From Candidatus Nanoarchaeia archaeon (GTDB lineage Archaea; Nanobdellota; Nanobdellia; SCGC-AAA011-G17; GW2011-AR18), in contig DASRUL010000006.1 of NCBI GenBank assembly GCA_035655455.1, positions 1 to 48,609 on the forward strand: a stretch of 48,609 nucleotides of DNA. The letters run 5' to 3'. Below the pieces are notes generated by a model that saw only the letters and a program-made list of their open reading frames with translations, did no database searches and had not been told where the DNA came from. This document shows, one piece after another, positions 1-8,485 of this stretch. The number at the start of each line of letters is the position of its first letter. Within the stretch, counting starts at the first letter, position 1. The position numbers and the translations under genes are program-made.

Positions 1-662
1 GGGTCTTGAAAGTATTGTCTGTGATCTTCCATCTCCATAACTCCTTCATCAGGAATTGCATAAAATACTCTGTAAACACTATCCATTCCTCCATCACATT
101 TTATCCATCGCTTTGCAAGCATCCATGAGTCTGTTGTCCACATTCTTACTTCTTCATCAAGGTTGGGCTGGTACCTCGTATCAATAATAGCAACGCCATT
201 ATTAGTAAGATGGTCCGAAAATCCTCTAAGCGTTTTCCTAAATCCTTCTTCTGTATCAATGTAGTTAATTGCGCCATACATAGTACTTATTCCATGTACC
301 TTTCCATCCAAGGGAAAATTTCTCATATCTCCTTGAATTATTGTTACACCAGGATTTCTTTTTCTGGCAACATCTACCATTTGTTGTCTCAGATCAAAAC
401 CCGATACCTCAAATCCTCTGTCTCTTAGAAGTTTTAAATGAATTCCTGTCCCGCAACCTGCATCTATGTATGTTTTTCCTCCAGATGTTTCATTGATGAT
501 TTGCGCGATAAATTCGGCTTCCTTAAGATATCTTTCTCTTTGTTTTCCATAATAGTACATTCTATCAATTATACTAGCATGTTCTGTAACCATCTTGTAG
601 TCTCCTACAGGATCGTAGATTTTAGCGTCTCTTAATCTATCTCTGAAGTTTTCATTTCCCAT
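1..662 (-). CDS. class I SAM-dependent methyltransferase (3' end runs off the window)
   Basis: The reverse strand read from the ATG at 660-662 gives MGNENFRDRLRDAKIYDP... It has SAM motif I (YIDAGCGTGIHL), an acidic loop (EVSGFDL) and the post-I motif (IIQGDMRNF). The frame is open to the window edge, so it is absent from the ORF track. Confidence 0.8.
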   Translation of the reverse strand, partial: MGNENFRDRLRDAKIYDPVGDYKMVTEHASIIDRMYYYGKQRERYLKEAEFIAQIINETSGGKTYIDAGCGTGIHLKLLRDRGFEVSGFDLRQQMVDVARKRNPGVTIIQGDMRNFPLDGKVHGISTMYGAINYIDTEEGFRKTLRGFSDHLTNNGVAIIDTRYQPNLDEEVRMWTTDSWMLAKRWIKCDGGMDSVYRVFYAIPDEGVMEMEDHRQYFQD

Positions 663-814
663 AGATTTTATGTAACGTTCTTATCTTTTAAATCTTTCTA
701 ATTTTATCACTCTAAAGTTAACAAAATATTTAGAATATTAACTCCCTTTAACGTTACAATGTAGCCTTCCCGAAAATATTATAAGGCAAGAGTATCCTCT
801 CTCAAAAGAGGACT

Positions 815-1099
815 ATGGCAGAACTACTTACACTCTTGGATGTCACTATCCTCGCAGTCAGCACACTTTTTGTCCTGCTCAGCATCTTTAGCATTCTCTC
901 AGGAAAGAATTCTAAAAACTTCAAAACAAGACTGCCTTTCTACACGCTCCTGCTCTTCCTCGTGTTCAAGGCCTTAGACATCCTCAGCCAAGGGAAGAGC
1001 TCCTTAAAAGTTTTCGCAAACATCCTCTTCCTCGCAGGAATGATTGGACTCTGGCTTCTCATAAAAAACAACGGTGAATTATGGACAAGAAAAACGTGA
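815..1099 (+). CDS. small integral membrane protein (hypothetical)
   Basis: 94 aa ORF with three hydrophobic stretches (LLDVTILAVSTLFVLLSIFSIL, LPFYTLLLFLVFKALDIL, ILFLAGMIGLWLLI). An AT-rich TATA-like element (AAATATTATAAGG) lies about 30-35 nt upstream. Confidence 0.45.
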   Translation: MAELLTLLDVTILAVSTLFVLLSIFSILSGKNSKNFKTRLPFYTLLLFLVFKALDILSQGKSSLKVFANILFLAGMIGLWLLIKNNGELWTRKT

Positions 1100-1371
1100 A
1101 AGACCAGAGGGCGTTTGTGAAGCAACTTACGCTCAGACACAAGCGCGAAAATATTGTTCTTGCAAAACTCAAACATACACTCACTCTTCTCAGCCAAAAA
1201 CTGACAAGTCCCCTCAGCCCCCAAAGTAAGAAATATCATGTAGAATACCTTCCCTCTTCAGACAGCGAGTTTCCAGAGCCTGAAAAGCAACACTTTCAAT
1301 CTAGAGGGAGACTTGTCCATCATTCAAAAAAAGAAATGATCGAACAATTGAAGGAAGCACACCGCCTCTAA
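1081..1371 (+). CDS. hypothetical basic protein
   Basis: 96 aa ORF overlapping the previous ORF by 19 nt. Its C/A-ending codon style matches neighbouring plus-strand genes. No recognisable motif. Confidence 0.3.
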   Translation: MDKKNVKDQRAFVKQLTLRHKRENIVLAKLKHTLTLLSQKLTSPLSPQSKKYHVEYLPSSDSEFPEPEKQHFQSRGRLVHHSKKEMIEQLKEAHRL

Positions 1372-1387
1372 TTGTTACTACTAAAAG

Positions 1388-3229
1388 ATGATTACTACAG
1401 AAAACTTTATAAAGACAAACCACTCCACTTTTTCACGAAGGAACATGAATGATTTACCAAAAGAAGCAAAAGAGAAACTCGACGCGATGAAGGAAAAGCT
1501 GGATAAGTTCTCTAAAACCGTCACCAAAGAAAACAAAGAAATCATCGGCATCGCACTCTTACCACCAACAAAAATCAACCCAGAAGAAAAACTTCCCGAA
1601 GAAGAACTCAAAAAAATAAAGAACGCGATCAATATCATGGTCCTCGTCAACCTCATAGACGTCAAAAACTGGTTTGACGTCAGAGAGGCACTCACAAAGA
1701 AGGTTATCAAAAAAGCTACAGAGATTGATCAGAACTTGAATATTCAAGTGATGGACATCTACGACATCAGAGAAAGCTGTTTTGACGGCAAGACAGAAAT
1801 CCTCGCATTAATCGCAGCCTCAGCACCAATCTACGACCCAAAAGACCTTCTCGGCGCGCTCAAAATCGCAGAAGTGCACAAAAATATGGTCCTGAAGAAG
1901 TTCGAAAAATACATCGTCAGCTACGTCGCTGTAGGAAGCCTGTTCAGAGGCGACGCAAAACCCAATGACATCGACGTTGCCGTGGTTGTCGATGACACTG
2001 ACGTGAAAAAGATGACACGCGCAGAACTTAAAGACAAGCTCGGCGCCATCGTCCGCTCCTTGGGATATGACGCTTCCAAAGCAACAGGCGTAGAAAAAGC
2101 CTTCCACATCCAAACCTACATTTTAACAGACTTCTGGGACTCAATCAAAGACGCGCATCCAGTCATTTACACCTTCCTCAGAGACGGCGTACCGATTTAT
2201 GACAGGGGCGTCTTCATGCCCTGGAAACTCCTCCTCAAAATGGGCCGTATCAAACCAAGCCCAGAAGCCATCGACATGCAAATGGACATCGGAGAAAAAC
2301 TCATCCAACGCACCAAGGGAAAATTGCTAAGCGTTGTAGGCGAAGACTTATACTACGCAATTCTGAACCCAGCACAAGCGGCCCTCATGCTGTACGGCAT
2401 CGCACCACCCACCCCAAAAGAAACCATCCAACTTATGGAAGAGATCTTCGTCAAAAAAGAAAAATTACTCGAAAAAAAATACGTCGACATCCTAGACAAA
2501 ATCAGAGACTACTACAAAGATATCGAACATGGAGACGTGAAAGAAGTCTCAGGCAATGATGTTGACAAGCTGCTCAAAGACGCTGAAGACTACTTGAAAA
2601 GAATCAAAAAACTGTTCGACCAAATCCAAGCACGAAGAGACAAAGAAAGCGTCGAAGAAATGCACCAATCCTGCCTCAACGTGACAGAAGAAGTCCTGAA
2701 AATCCATAACATTCCCGTGAAGAACAGAACATACATTGAATCACTTTTCAAAAAAGAAATCCTCGCGAAAAAACACCTCCCAGAAAAACTCGGAGATTCC
2801 TTGAAGACGATCGTAGAAACCAAAGAAAAATACGGGAAGAAGAAAATTCCAAGCCCAGAACTAGAAAAAATCAGAAAAGAAGCGCGCGCCTACATCAAAA
2901 CACTTCTTGAATACGTGCAGCGAAAAAGAGGCTACGAATTCGAACGAGCAAAGTTGCGCTTCAAATACGGAGACAAATACGGAGAAGCAATCCTCCTCGA
3001 CAAAGTCGCGTTCTTAGTGGACGACATTGACGCTGAAGAAAAACAAGTACAGAAAGCCATCTTGAACACAGACGGCAGCCTCGGCACAAAACAAAAAAGC
3101 TCGTTGGAAGAAATGGAAAAAGAACTCGCTAGCATAGCACTTCCCACAAAAGTCTTCATCAAAGAAAAAATCTTCGAAGACCTCAGAAGTATCTACGGAA
3201 AAGACATTGAGATCTTGATAAATTATTAA
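1388..3229 (+). CDS. large nucleotidyltransferase-fold (Pol-beta superfamily) domain protein
   Basis: 613 aa ORF. The NTase signature is VAVGSLFRGDAKPNDIDVAVVVDD (G-S ... D-x-D). A long helical region follows (AILNPAQAALMLYGIAPPTPKE). The N- and C-termini are Lys/Glu-rich and coiled-coil-like. Confidence 0.7.
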   Translation: MITTENFIKTNHSTFSRRNMNDLPKEAKEKLDAMKEKLDKFSKTVTKENKEIIGIALLPPTKINPEEKLPEEELKKIKNAINIMVLVNLIDVKNWFDVREALTKKVIKKATEIDQNLNIQVMDIYDIRESCFDGKTEILALIAASAPIYDPKDLLGALKIAEVHKNMVLKKFEKYIVSYVAVGSLFRGDAKPNDIDVAVVVDDTDVKKMTRAELKDKLGAIVRSLGYDASKATGVEKAFHIQTYILTDFWDSIKDAHPVIYTFLRDGVPIYDRGVFMPWKLLLKMGRIKPSPEAIDMQMDIGEKLIQRTKGKLLSVVGEDLYYAILNPAQAALMLYGIAPPTPKETIQLMEEIFVKKEKLLEKKYVDILDKIRDYYKDIEHGDVKEVSGNDVDKLLKDAEDYLKRIKKLFDQIQARRDKESVEEMHQSCLNVTEEVLKIHNIPVKNRTYIESLFKKEILAKKHLPEKLGDSLKTIVETKEKYGKKKIPSPELEKIRKEARAYIKTLLEYVQRKRGYEFERAKLRFKYGDKYGEAILLDKVAFLVDDIDAEEKQVQKAILNTDGSLGTKQKSSLEEMEKELASIALPTKVFIKEKIFEDLRSIYGKDIEILINY

Positions 3230-3243
3230 TTTCAAACACAACA

Positions 3244-3253
3244 TTTATATAAA
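3244..3253 (+). promoter_or_regulatory. TATA box for the glutaredoxin-like gene
   Basis: TTTATATAAA is centred about 25 nt upstream of the GTG start at 3273. This is the same spacing seen at many genes in the window. Confidence 0.5.
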
Positions 3254-3272
3254 TCCTTCCCTAAAAAATTTC

Positions 3273-3527
3273 GTGAAAAAAAGACACAAGCAGAAAAAAA
3301 TCATCCTGTACACCACACCCACCTGCACTTTCTGCCACATGGTCAAACAACTCTTAAAAGAGGAGCATGTCCCTTTTGAAGAAGTTGACGTCTCCACAAA
3401 CAAGAAAGCACTCGGAGAGATGGTGCGCAAGTCTGGGCAGGTGAGCGTCCCCGTGTTAGACGTGAACGGCACGATTATCGTCGGCTTTGACAGAGAAGCA
3501 CTCAAGCGCGCCATTAGCAAGGTTTAA
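3273..3527 (+). CDS. glutaredoxin/NrdH-like thiol-disulfide oxidoreductase
   Basis: 84 aa. It shows beta1 plus a CxxC motif (ILYTTPTCTFCHMVKQLL) and a cis-Pro region (VSVPVLDVNGTIIVGF). GTG is the only in-frame start near the TATA box. Confidence 0.8.
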   Translation: MKKRHKQKKIILYTTPTCTFCHMVKQLLKEEHVPFEEVDVSTNKKALGEMVRKSGQVSVPVLDVNGTIIVGFDREALKRAISKV

Positions 3528-3754
3528 ATTCTTTCATCGCTCTCCAGAACGCAGGAAACAATGGCTGATTACTCACTCTACAAACCACTAAATAACACCG
3601 TCCAAGGATACGCAGCAAACACACAGCACGGACAACACCAGAACGCTATATCCTACACAACCAGCGCGTCCCAACAACCCAGAATAGTCGGCAGCCGCTG
3701 CCCAACAGAAGGAAAATGCCGGGTGTGCACGCGCCTATGCATGATGGAATAAGC

Positions 3755-4321
3755 ATGATCACAAAAGAAATGATCATTGGAGAAGTCGTAGAAAAATATC
3801 CGGGAGCATCAGGCCTCATGGCGAATTTCGGGTTGCATTGCTTTGGCTGTCACGCGAATCCCTACGAAACAATCGAAGATGGCGTCATAAGCCATGGGTT
3901 TTCTGAAACAGAACTCAACACCTTACTCATAGAATTAAACACCCTCGCAGAACAATCCAAGAAGAACACCATCAACCAAGAACACTCCCAAGAAAAAATA
4001 GTTTCGTTGACAGAAAACGCAGCTGCAGAAGTGAAGAACATGCTGAAAATGCAGGGAAGAGAAGGATTCGGCTTAACAATAAACGTGAAATCCGGCGGGT
4101 GCGCAGGCTTCATGTATGAGATCAACTTCGCGAAGGAACCGTCCGCCAGGGATATTGTCGTTGAAGATCAGGGGTTGAAGCTGTTTGTTGATCCTGAAGC
4201 TGTTGAATTTGTGAGGGGTGCTCAAGTTGAGTATGTTGCTGGTTTGATGAATGCTGGTTTTAAGGTTGTGAATCCGAATGAGAAGAAAGCCTGTGGGTGT
4301 GGAAGTTCTATTGGGTTTTGA
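3755..4321 (+). CDS. fusion of a DUF1858-like redox-disulfide domain and an IscA/HesB-type Fe-S cluster assembly domain
   Basis: The N-terminus (MITKEMIIGEVVEKYPGASGLMANFGLHCFGCHANPYETIEDGVISHG) fits the DUF1858 pattern. The C-terminal half has SGGCAGFMYEINF and a terminal CGCGSSIGF, which is the IscA/HesB Cys triad. I chose the start at MITKEM rather than the track start at 3716. Confidence 0.75.
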   Translation: MITKEMIIGEVVEKYPGASGLMANFGLHCFGCHANPYETIEDGVISHGFSETELNTLLIELNTLAEQSKKNTINQEHSQEKIVSLTENAAAEVKNMLKMQGREGFGLTINVKSGGCAGFMYEINFAKEPSARDIVVEDQGLKLFVDPEAVEFVRGAQVEYVAGLMNAGFKVVNPNEKKACGCGSSIGF

Positions 4322-4338
4322 TCTTCTTTTGAAAAAGT

Positions 4339-5346
4339 TCAGAAAGGGTTTATTTCGAAAAGTCGGAGCGCTTCTGGATATTTAGTTTCAATAGGTATAG
4401 TAAAATCATTTTTTTCCAAGTCATAGAGTTTTCCTTGGCTGAGAACTCTGTGCCAGAAGGTAGGGTCCATACTTGATGCTATGGCTTCTTCTCTCCAGGA
4501 AGAAAATTCTTCAAAGTTTCGTGCAGCACATTCTTCAATTTCCGCTTCATCTTTGATCAAGAAGCGGTAGCCCTCTGCTTTTTTGCGTGCTGCTCTCCTG
4601 TCGTCGAGGAGTCCAGTATGCATGGCGTGAATGTCAAAGACATTTGCAACACCATTGATGTCGAGGCAAGCTGTAATGTCGAAGCCATCTTCTTCTGTGT
4701 ATCTGGTCCATTGTTTGATCTTGTCTTGGGAAACTTTTCCTGCGTGAAGAGGGGCTATTCTTTCGCTTACGATTCGAACGACGGTTTGGTCTTTGGGCAA
4801 ATGATCTCCGTAACCGAGTCGTCGGAGGATGTCGTAAGCGTTAAATCTTGTTGTTTTAGGATCGCCTGCAGTAAGATCGGGGATGGGTTTTGAGCGTTCT
4901 TCAAAGTATATTGATCGTTCGAAAGAAGAGAGTAGGTCTCCTTGGTGGAGGATAAGGAGGTCAATGTCTCTTGGATGGTCTGAAGAGAGTGTTGATCCAT
5001 AGAGCAGGACGTCTTCTACTTGGCATCTGGACCATGAGCGGGTGAGGATGGCTCTTGCGCTGTCGCGGGCGATATCTAAGAAATTCGCGGTTGGTTCGAT
5101 CCAGGTTTTGATGAATATCCATGCCGCGAGAACGGGAGTAGCGTAGTTCTGATTGATAAGATAATGGCCTTCCTGTGAATGGAGCTTGGTGATGATGCCT
5201 TGTTGGGCGAGTTGTTCAAGGGATCTCTTAACTTGCGTTGTCCTGTATCCTGTTGTTGTTGCAAGCTCCTCAGGAGTAGCTCTCTCTCCAAGGGCTAATC
5301 GGTGAAGAATGCTGAGTTTCCGAAGGATAGCTTGATCGTGAAACAT
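4339..5346 (-). CDS. winged-helix plus nucleotidyltransferase-domain protein
   Basis: 335 aa. The N-terminus is wHTH-like (LSILHRLALGERATPEELATTTGYRTTQVKRSLEQLAQQGII). The NTase motif is VLLYGSTLSSDHPRDIDLLILH. A TATA-like CTTTAAATAG lies about 25-30 nt upstream on the coding strand. Confidence 0.65.
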   Translation of the reverse strand: MFHDQAILRKLSILHRLALGERATPEELATTTGYRTTQVKRSLEQLAQQGIITKLHSQEGHYLINQNYATPVLAAWIFIKTWIEPTANFLDIARDSARAILTRSWSRCQVEDVLLYGSTLSSDHPRDIDLLILHQGDLLSSFERSIYFEERSKPIPDLTAGDPKTTRFNAYDILRRLGYGDHLPKDQTVVRIVSERIAPLHAGKVSQDKIKQWTRYTEEDGFDITACLDINGVANVFDIHAMHTGLLDDRRAARKKAEGYRFLIKDEAEIEECAARNFEEFSSWREEAIASSMDPTFWHRVLSQGKLYDLEKNDFTIPIETKYPEALRLFEINPF

Positions 5347-5438
5347 AGTTTTTGGTGGCGTTTGATTCTATTTAAAGATATTCTTTTGAAACTACTTTCG
5401 AATGAGTTTTTTAGAATGGTTGGAGTTCGTTAAAATTT

Positions 5439-6035
5439 TTATTCTTCGTATCTTCGCGTAACGTCATTCCAGTTGATGATTTTCATGAAGTTGTCTACCC
5501 ATTCTGGTCGTTTGTTTTGGTATTTCAGGTAGTAGGCGTGTTCCCAGACGTCGCAGACGAGGAGGGGTTGTAATCCTGGCACCCAGATTTTTTGGTGGTT
5601 TTCTACTGCGAAGATGTGGAGTCTTCCTGTGGAGTCTTTTGCGAGGGCGCCCCATCCTGATCCCTCAACTGCGATGGTTGCTGCTTTGAAGTGGGCAACA
5701 AATTTGTCCCAGGAGCCGAAGGAATCTTCGATCGCTTGGAGGAGCGTTCCTTCTGCTTTGTTGTTTTCTTTGCCTGGTCTCATGTTTTCCCAGAACATGG
5801 TATGGAACCAGTGTCCTGCGCCGTGGAAGGCCATTTCTCGTTCCCAGTGTTTGATAGTTTCAAAGTTGCCTGTTTCTCGGGATTCTTTGAGTTTGGCCAT
5901 GGCTGTATTAAGTCCTTTGACATAGGCCGCATGGTGTTTGTCGTGATGGATTCTGAGGGTTTGTTCGTCGTAGTAGGGTTCTAGGGCGTTGTAGGGATAG
6001 GGGAGTTCCGGCAGGATGAATTCTTCATGGGCCAT
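5439..6035 (-). CDS. sod: Fe/Mn superoxide dismutase
   Basis: 198 aa with LPYPYNALEPY, HHDKHHAAYV and DVWEHAYYL(KYQN), which are canonical Fe/Mn-SOD metal-ligand motifs. A TATA element (TCTATATATAG) lies at 6062-6072 on the coding strand. Confidence 0.95.
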   Translation of the reverse strand: MAHEEFILPELPYPYNALEPYYDEQTLRIHHDKHHAAYVKGLNTAMAKLKESRETGNFETIKHWEREMAFHGAGHWFHTMFWENMRPGKENNKAEGTLLQAIEDSFGSWDKFVAHFKAATIAVEGSGWGALAKDSTGRLHIFAVENHQKIWVPGLQPLLVCDVWEHAYYLKYQNKRPEWVDNFMKIINWNDVTRRYEE

Positions 6036-6108
6036 TAGTTGTGCAGGTGTTTCTCTTTCAGACTATATATAGATTGTGGGTGTAAACTAAAAAACTCTTG
6101 AAGAAACA

Positions 6109-6116
6109 TTTATATA
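6109..6116 (+). promoter_or_regulatory. TATA box for the pentapeptide-repeat gene (divergent from the sod promoter)
   Basis: TTTATATA is centred about 27 nt upstream of the ATG at 6140, within an AT-rich divergent intergenic region (6036-6139). Confidence 0.5.
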
Positions 6117-6139
6117 CTTTATATATTCTATATATCTCT

Positions 6140-6640
6140 ATGAAAAGACCTATTTCGGGAAACGTTTTGGTTGGCGACATCCTCGCTGGAAGAAGAGATT
6201 TTCAGAGGATTCAGCTTAGAGGGTTCAATTTTTACGATTCTCCTCGTCTTGTCGATCTTGAGGATTACTTAGCACGTCAGGATTTTGAGCAAAATCCTTT
6301 GTTGTTCGCAGAGGCAGAGATGGAACATGTTTATGCAGTTGGGCTCCTCCTTCCCTATAGCAAGTTCCAGGACGCAAAATTGAGGAACGTGGATTTCTGT
6401 TTTGCTGACCTGAGGTATGCTGATTTTTGGCATGCGGACTTAAGGGAAGTGGATTTTAGAAGCGCGCTTACCGAGGGGGCGTGTTTTGGTGGGACGAGAG
6501 CGTATCGCGTAGTGGGAGTGGAAGAGCTGATAAAAGATCCCCCAAAGGAAGAGTATCATTTTAGAACCGAAGATGTTGAAATAGGCTCACCCGAATATCC
6601 CTTTGTTGATCCAAAGAGGGCTAGAGCGTTCTTTTCATAA
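6140..6640 (+). CDS. pentapeptide-repeat protein
   Basis: Runs of A(D/N)LxX-type repeats: AKLRNVDFCFADLRYADFWHADLREVDFRSALTEGACF. I chose the start at ATG 6140 (MKRPISG) from the TATA spacing; the track start at 6098 is a TTG. Confidence 0.7.
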   Translation: MKRPISGNVLVGDILAGRRDFQRIQLRGFNFYDSPRLVDLEDYLARQDFEQNPLLFAEAEMEHVYAVGLLLPYSKFQDAKLRNVDFCFADLRYADFWHADLREVDFRSALTEGACFGGTRAYRVVGVEELIKDPPKEEYHFRTEDVEIGSPEYPFVDPKRARAFFS

Positions 6641-6976
6641 GGATTTTTTTCTAAAGAGTTCAATGAGAAAATAGGTTGCAATAAGAAGAAATACGTGAAC
6701 AATTCCTGAAAGAACAGATTTTGAAGTTAAAGCTCCGGCTTGGACGAGTAATGCGCCGAAAAACGCAGAAGAAAAGATTGAAAGCGCGCCATGATAAGGA
6801 TTCACAAGACCTTTTTTAAAGTAAGAAAGCATAAGCAAAACAACCAAACTTGTCAGACCAATCAAGGAGGCGCGCAACGGATTCACATTTGGATAAAGAT
6901 AAATATACAACGTGTCCACAAGATACTGCATCACAAGCAATCCCAACACTATAAGCAGCGTTTTTTTAGCCTTCAT
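6635..6976 (-). CDS. small polytopic membrane protein (hypothetical)
   Basis: Hydrophobic ORF (MKAKKTLLIVLGLLVMQYLV..., LIGLTSLVVLLMLSYF, SAFFGALLVQAGAL, IVHVFLLIATYFLI). The internal Met start avoids a 60 nt overlap with the upstream gene. Confidence 0.45.
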   Translation of the reverse strand: MKAKKTLLIVLGLLVMQYLVDTLYIYLYPNVNPLRASLIGLTSLVVLLMLSYFKKGLVNPYHGALSIFSSAFFGALLVQAGALTSKSVLSGIVHVFLLIATYFLIELFRKKSL

Positions 6977-8156
6977 AAGAAACAAAATACACCTTTCCCG
7001 CATTATCATCAGACACAAGCAAGCCATCCCTGAAATTTATCATATCCACTGGCCTTCCCCTCACCACAGCACCGTCAAGCCAGCCTGTCGCGAAATCCCT
7101 AAACGACTTTTTTTCCAAATCAACCAAGAAAATCTTGTATCCAGTCGGAGGTTCCCTATTCCACGATCCATGAGACGCGACAAACATCTTCCCACGGTAC
7201 TCCTCAGGAAATTTGTTTCCAGTGTAGACCGCCAATCCCAACACGCCAGAATGCGCAGGCAAATCAACAAGGCTCGGCTCTGTACTTGCGCAAGGATTCT
7301 TTTCTTTTTCAAAACCAGCGTCATGAACTTGCCTTCCATAACAGTACGGCCACCCATAATCCTTTCCCTCCTGAAGAATATTTATCTCATCAGGAGGAAG
7401 ATCATTTCCAAGCTCGTCCCTCCCATTATCAGTAGCATAAATCGTTCCCTCATGCTCAATAAAACCAACAGCATTCCTCAGCCCAGTCGCAAACGGCTTA
7501 CAACTCCTTCCCTCAAGATCACACTGCTGAATCGTACCCCGGCGCTTGTCCTCCTCGATACACACATTACACGATGACCCAATTGAAATAAGCAGTTTGT
7601 CGTTAACAATCTGAATCGTTCTCGTCCAATGAGAACCCTCTGGAAGGTCCACAACTTTCTCCATCGTTGTAAGATCAGGCTTGTTCCCCTTTTCTTTTAT
7701 TCTCATCACCCTATCCTCTTCAGCAATATACACCCAATCCTGATAGAAAGCAATCCCATGAGGATTATTCAAGTTCTCAAGAAAAACGCTCATCGTTTCC
7801 ACTTTCGCATCTTTGTCCTTATCCTCCAAGGCATAAATCTTTCCCTGCTTCGAGACTGTAACAAACACCGTGTCATCCTTCAACGCCAACAAGCGCGCAC
7901 CATTATTCGGACCAGGCGTCGAAACAAGCGATCCTCCAAGGTTGTCAGCGAACGTCTCAATCTTAAACCCCAGAGGCATCCTCACGAAATCCAACCCGCT
8001 TGTGTGAAGCGCAGGCTTCAACGTGAGCTTCTCAGCAACAACCACGAGCACAAACACAAGCACAGCAACAACAAGCACAACCTTTATTATTTTTTTAAAA
8101 AGAATCAAAACCATTATCGCAGCCACACCAAGCATTATCCACACAAGCGGGTCCAC
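6966..8156 (-). CDS. membrane-anchored PQQ-dependent (soluble-type) sugar/sorbosone dehydrogenase-like beta-propeller
   Basis: 396 aa. It has an N-terminal TM (LVWIMLGVAAIMVLILF...VVAVLVFVLVVVA). Family-typical motifs are GLRNAVGF, DNGRDELGNDLPPDEIN and GKDYGWPYCYG. A TATA element (TTATATAA) at 8177-8184 lies about 25 nt upstream. Confidence 0.75.
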   Translation of the reverse strand: MDPLVWIMLGVAAIMVLILFKKIIKVVLVVAVLVFVLVVVAEKLTLKPALHTSGLDFVRMPLGFKIETFADNLGGSLVSTPGPNNGARLLALKDDTVFVTVSKQGKIYALEDKDKDAKVETMSVFLENLNNPHGIAFYQDWVYIAEEDRVMRIKEKGNKPDLTTMEKVVDLPEGSHWTRTIQIVNDKLLISIGSSCNVCIEEDKRRGTIQQCDLEGRSCKPFATGLRNAVGFIEHEGTIYATDNGRDELGNDLPPDEINILQEGKDYGWPYCYGRQVHDAGFEKEKNPCASTEPSLVDLPAHSGVLGLAVYTGNKFPEEYRGKMFVASHGSWNREPPTGYKIFLVDLEKKSFRDFATGWLDGAVVRGRPVDMINFRDGLLVSDDNAGKVYFVSYEG

Positions 8157-8252
8157 ACCACCCTCTTGATCTACTATTATATAAACATGATGAACTTTTC
8201 AAAAACTTTCTACAAAACCTTTAAAAGAGGTATGCTTTTGTTCATCACTTAC

Positions 8253-8348
8253 GGGCCCATGGTCTAGCGGTTATGACGTCTCCTTGACGTGGAGGAGGTC
8301 CCCAGAAACTTCAAAAAAAGTTGGGGAATTCGAATCTGGGTGGGCCCA
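8253..8348 (+). tRNA. tRNA-Val(GAC) with a 23-nt non-canonical intron in the T-arm (8306-8328)
   Basis: Hand-folded. Acceptor stem is GGGCCCA/TGGGCCC plus discriminator A. D-arm is GTCTAGCGGTTATGAC. Anticodon arm is TCTCC-TTGACGT-GGAGG, giving anticodon GAC. Variable loop is AGGTC. The T-stem CCCAG...CTGGG and T-loop TTCGAAT are split by AAACTTCAAAAAAAGTTGGGGAA. A TATA-like TTTAAAA lies about 30 nt upstream. No CCA is encoded. Confidence 0.85.
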
Positions 8349-8485
8349 TTCTCCTTCAAGGTGTCTTGAATCTCGTGAAGACAGAATACAATCTTGAGAA
8401 AACGTCTAAGAAGATTTTAACTTCATTACCTTAAAGCATGCTGAAGCGTTGTCAGAACTGAAGTTAATGTCATCTTGAAGATTTC

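Noticed and set aside
3561-3752. A 63-aa Gln-rich ORF with a CxxxxxCxxCxxxC tail, upstream of the DUF1858-IscA gene.
   Set aside because: It has no TATA box at the expected distance, a low-complexity composition, and it occupies the probable 5' region of the downstream gene. It may be coding but I cannot support it.
8417-8467. A 9-bp inverted repeat (TTAACTTCA ... TGAAGTTAA) and a smaller hairpin (TGTCTT/AAGACA at about 8372-8393) between tRNA-Val and the convergent orphan gene. These were considered as an att site or a small RNA.
   Set aside because: The loop is long (33 nt). There is no second copy elsewhere in the window and no similarity to either tRNA 3' end. It is most simply a 3'-end or terminator structure.
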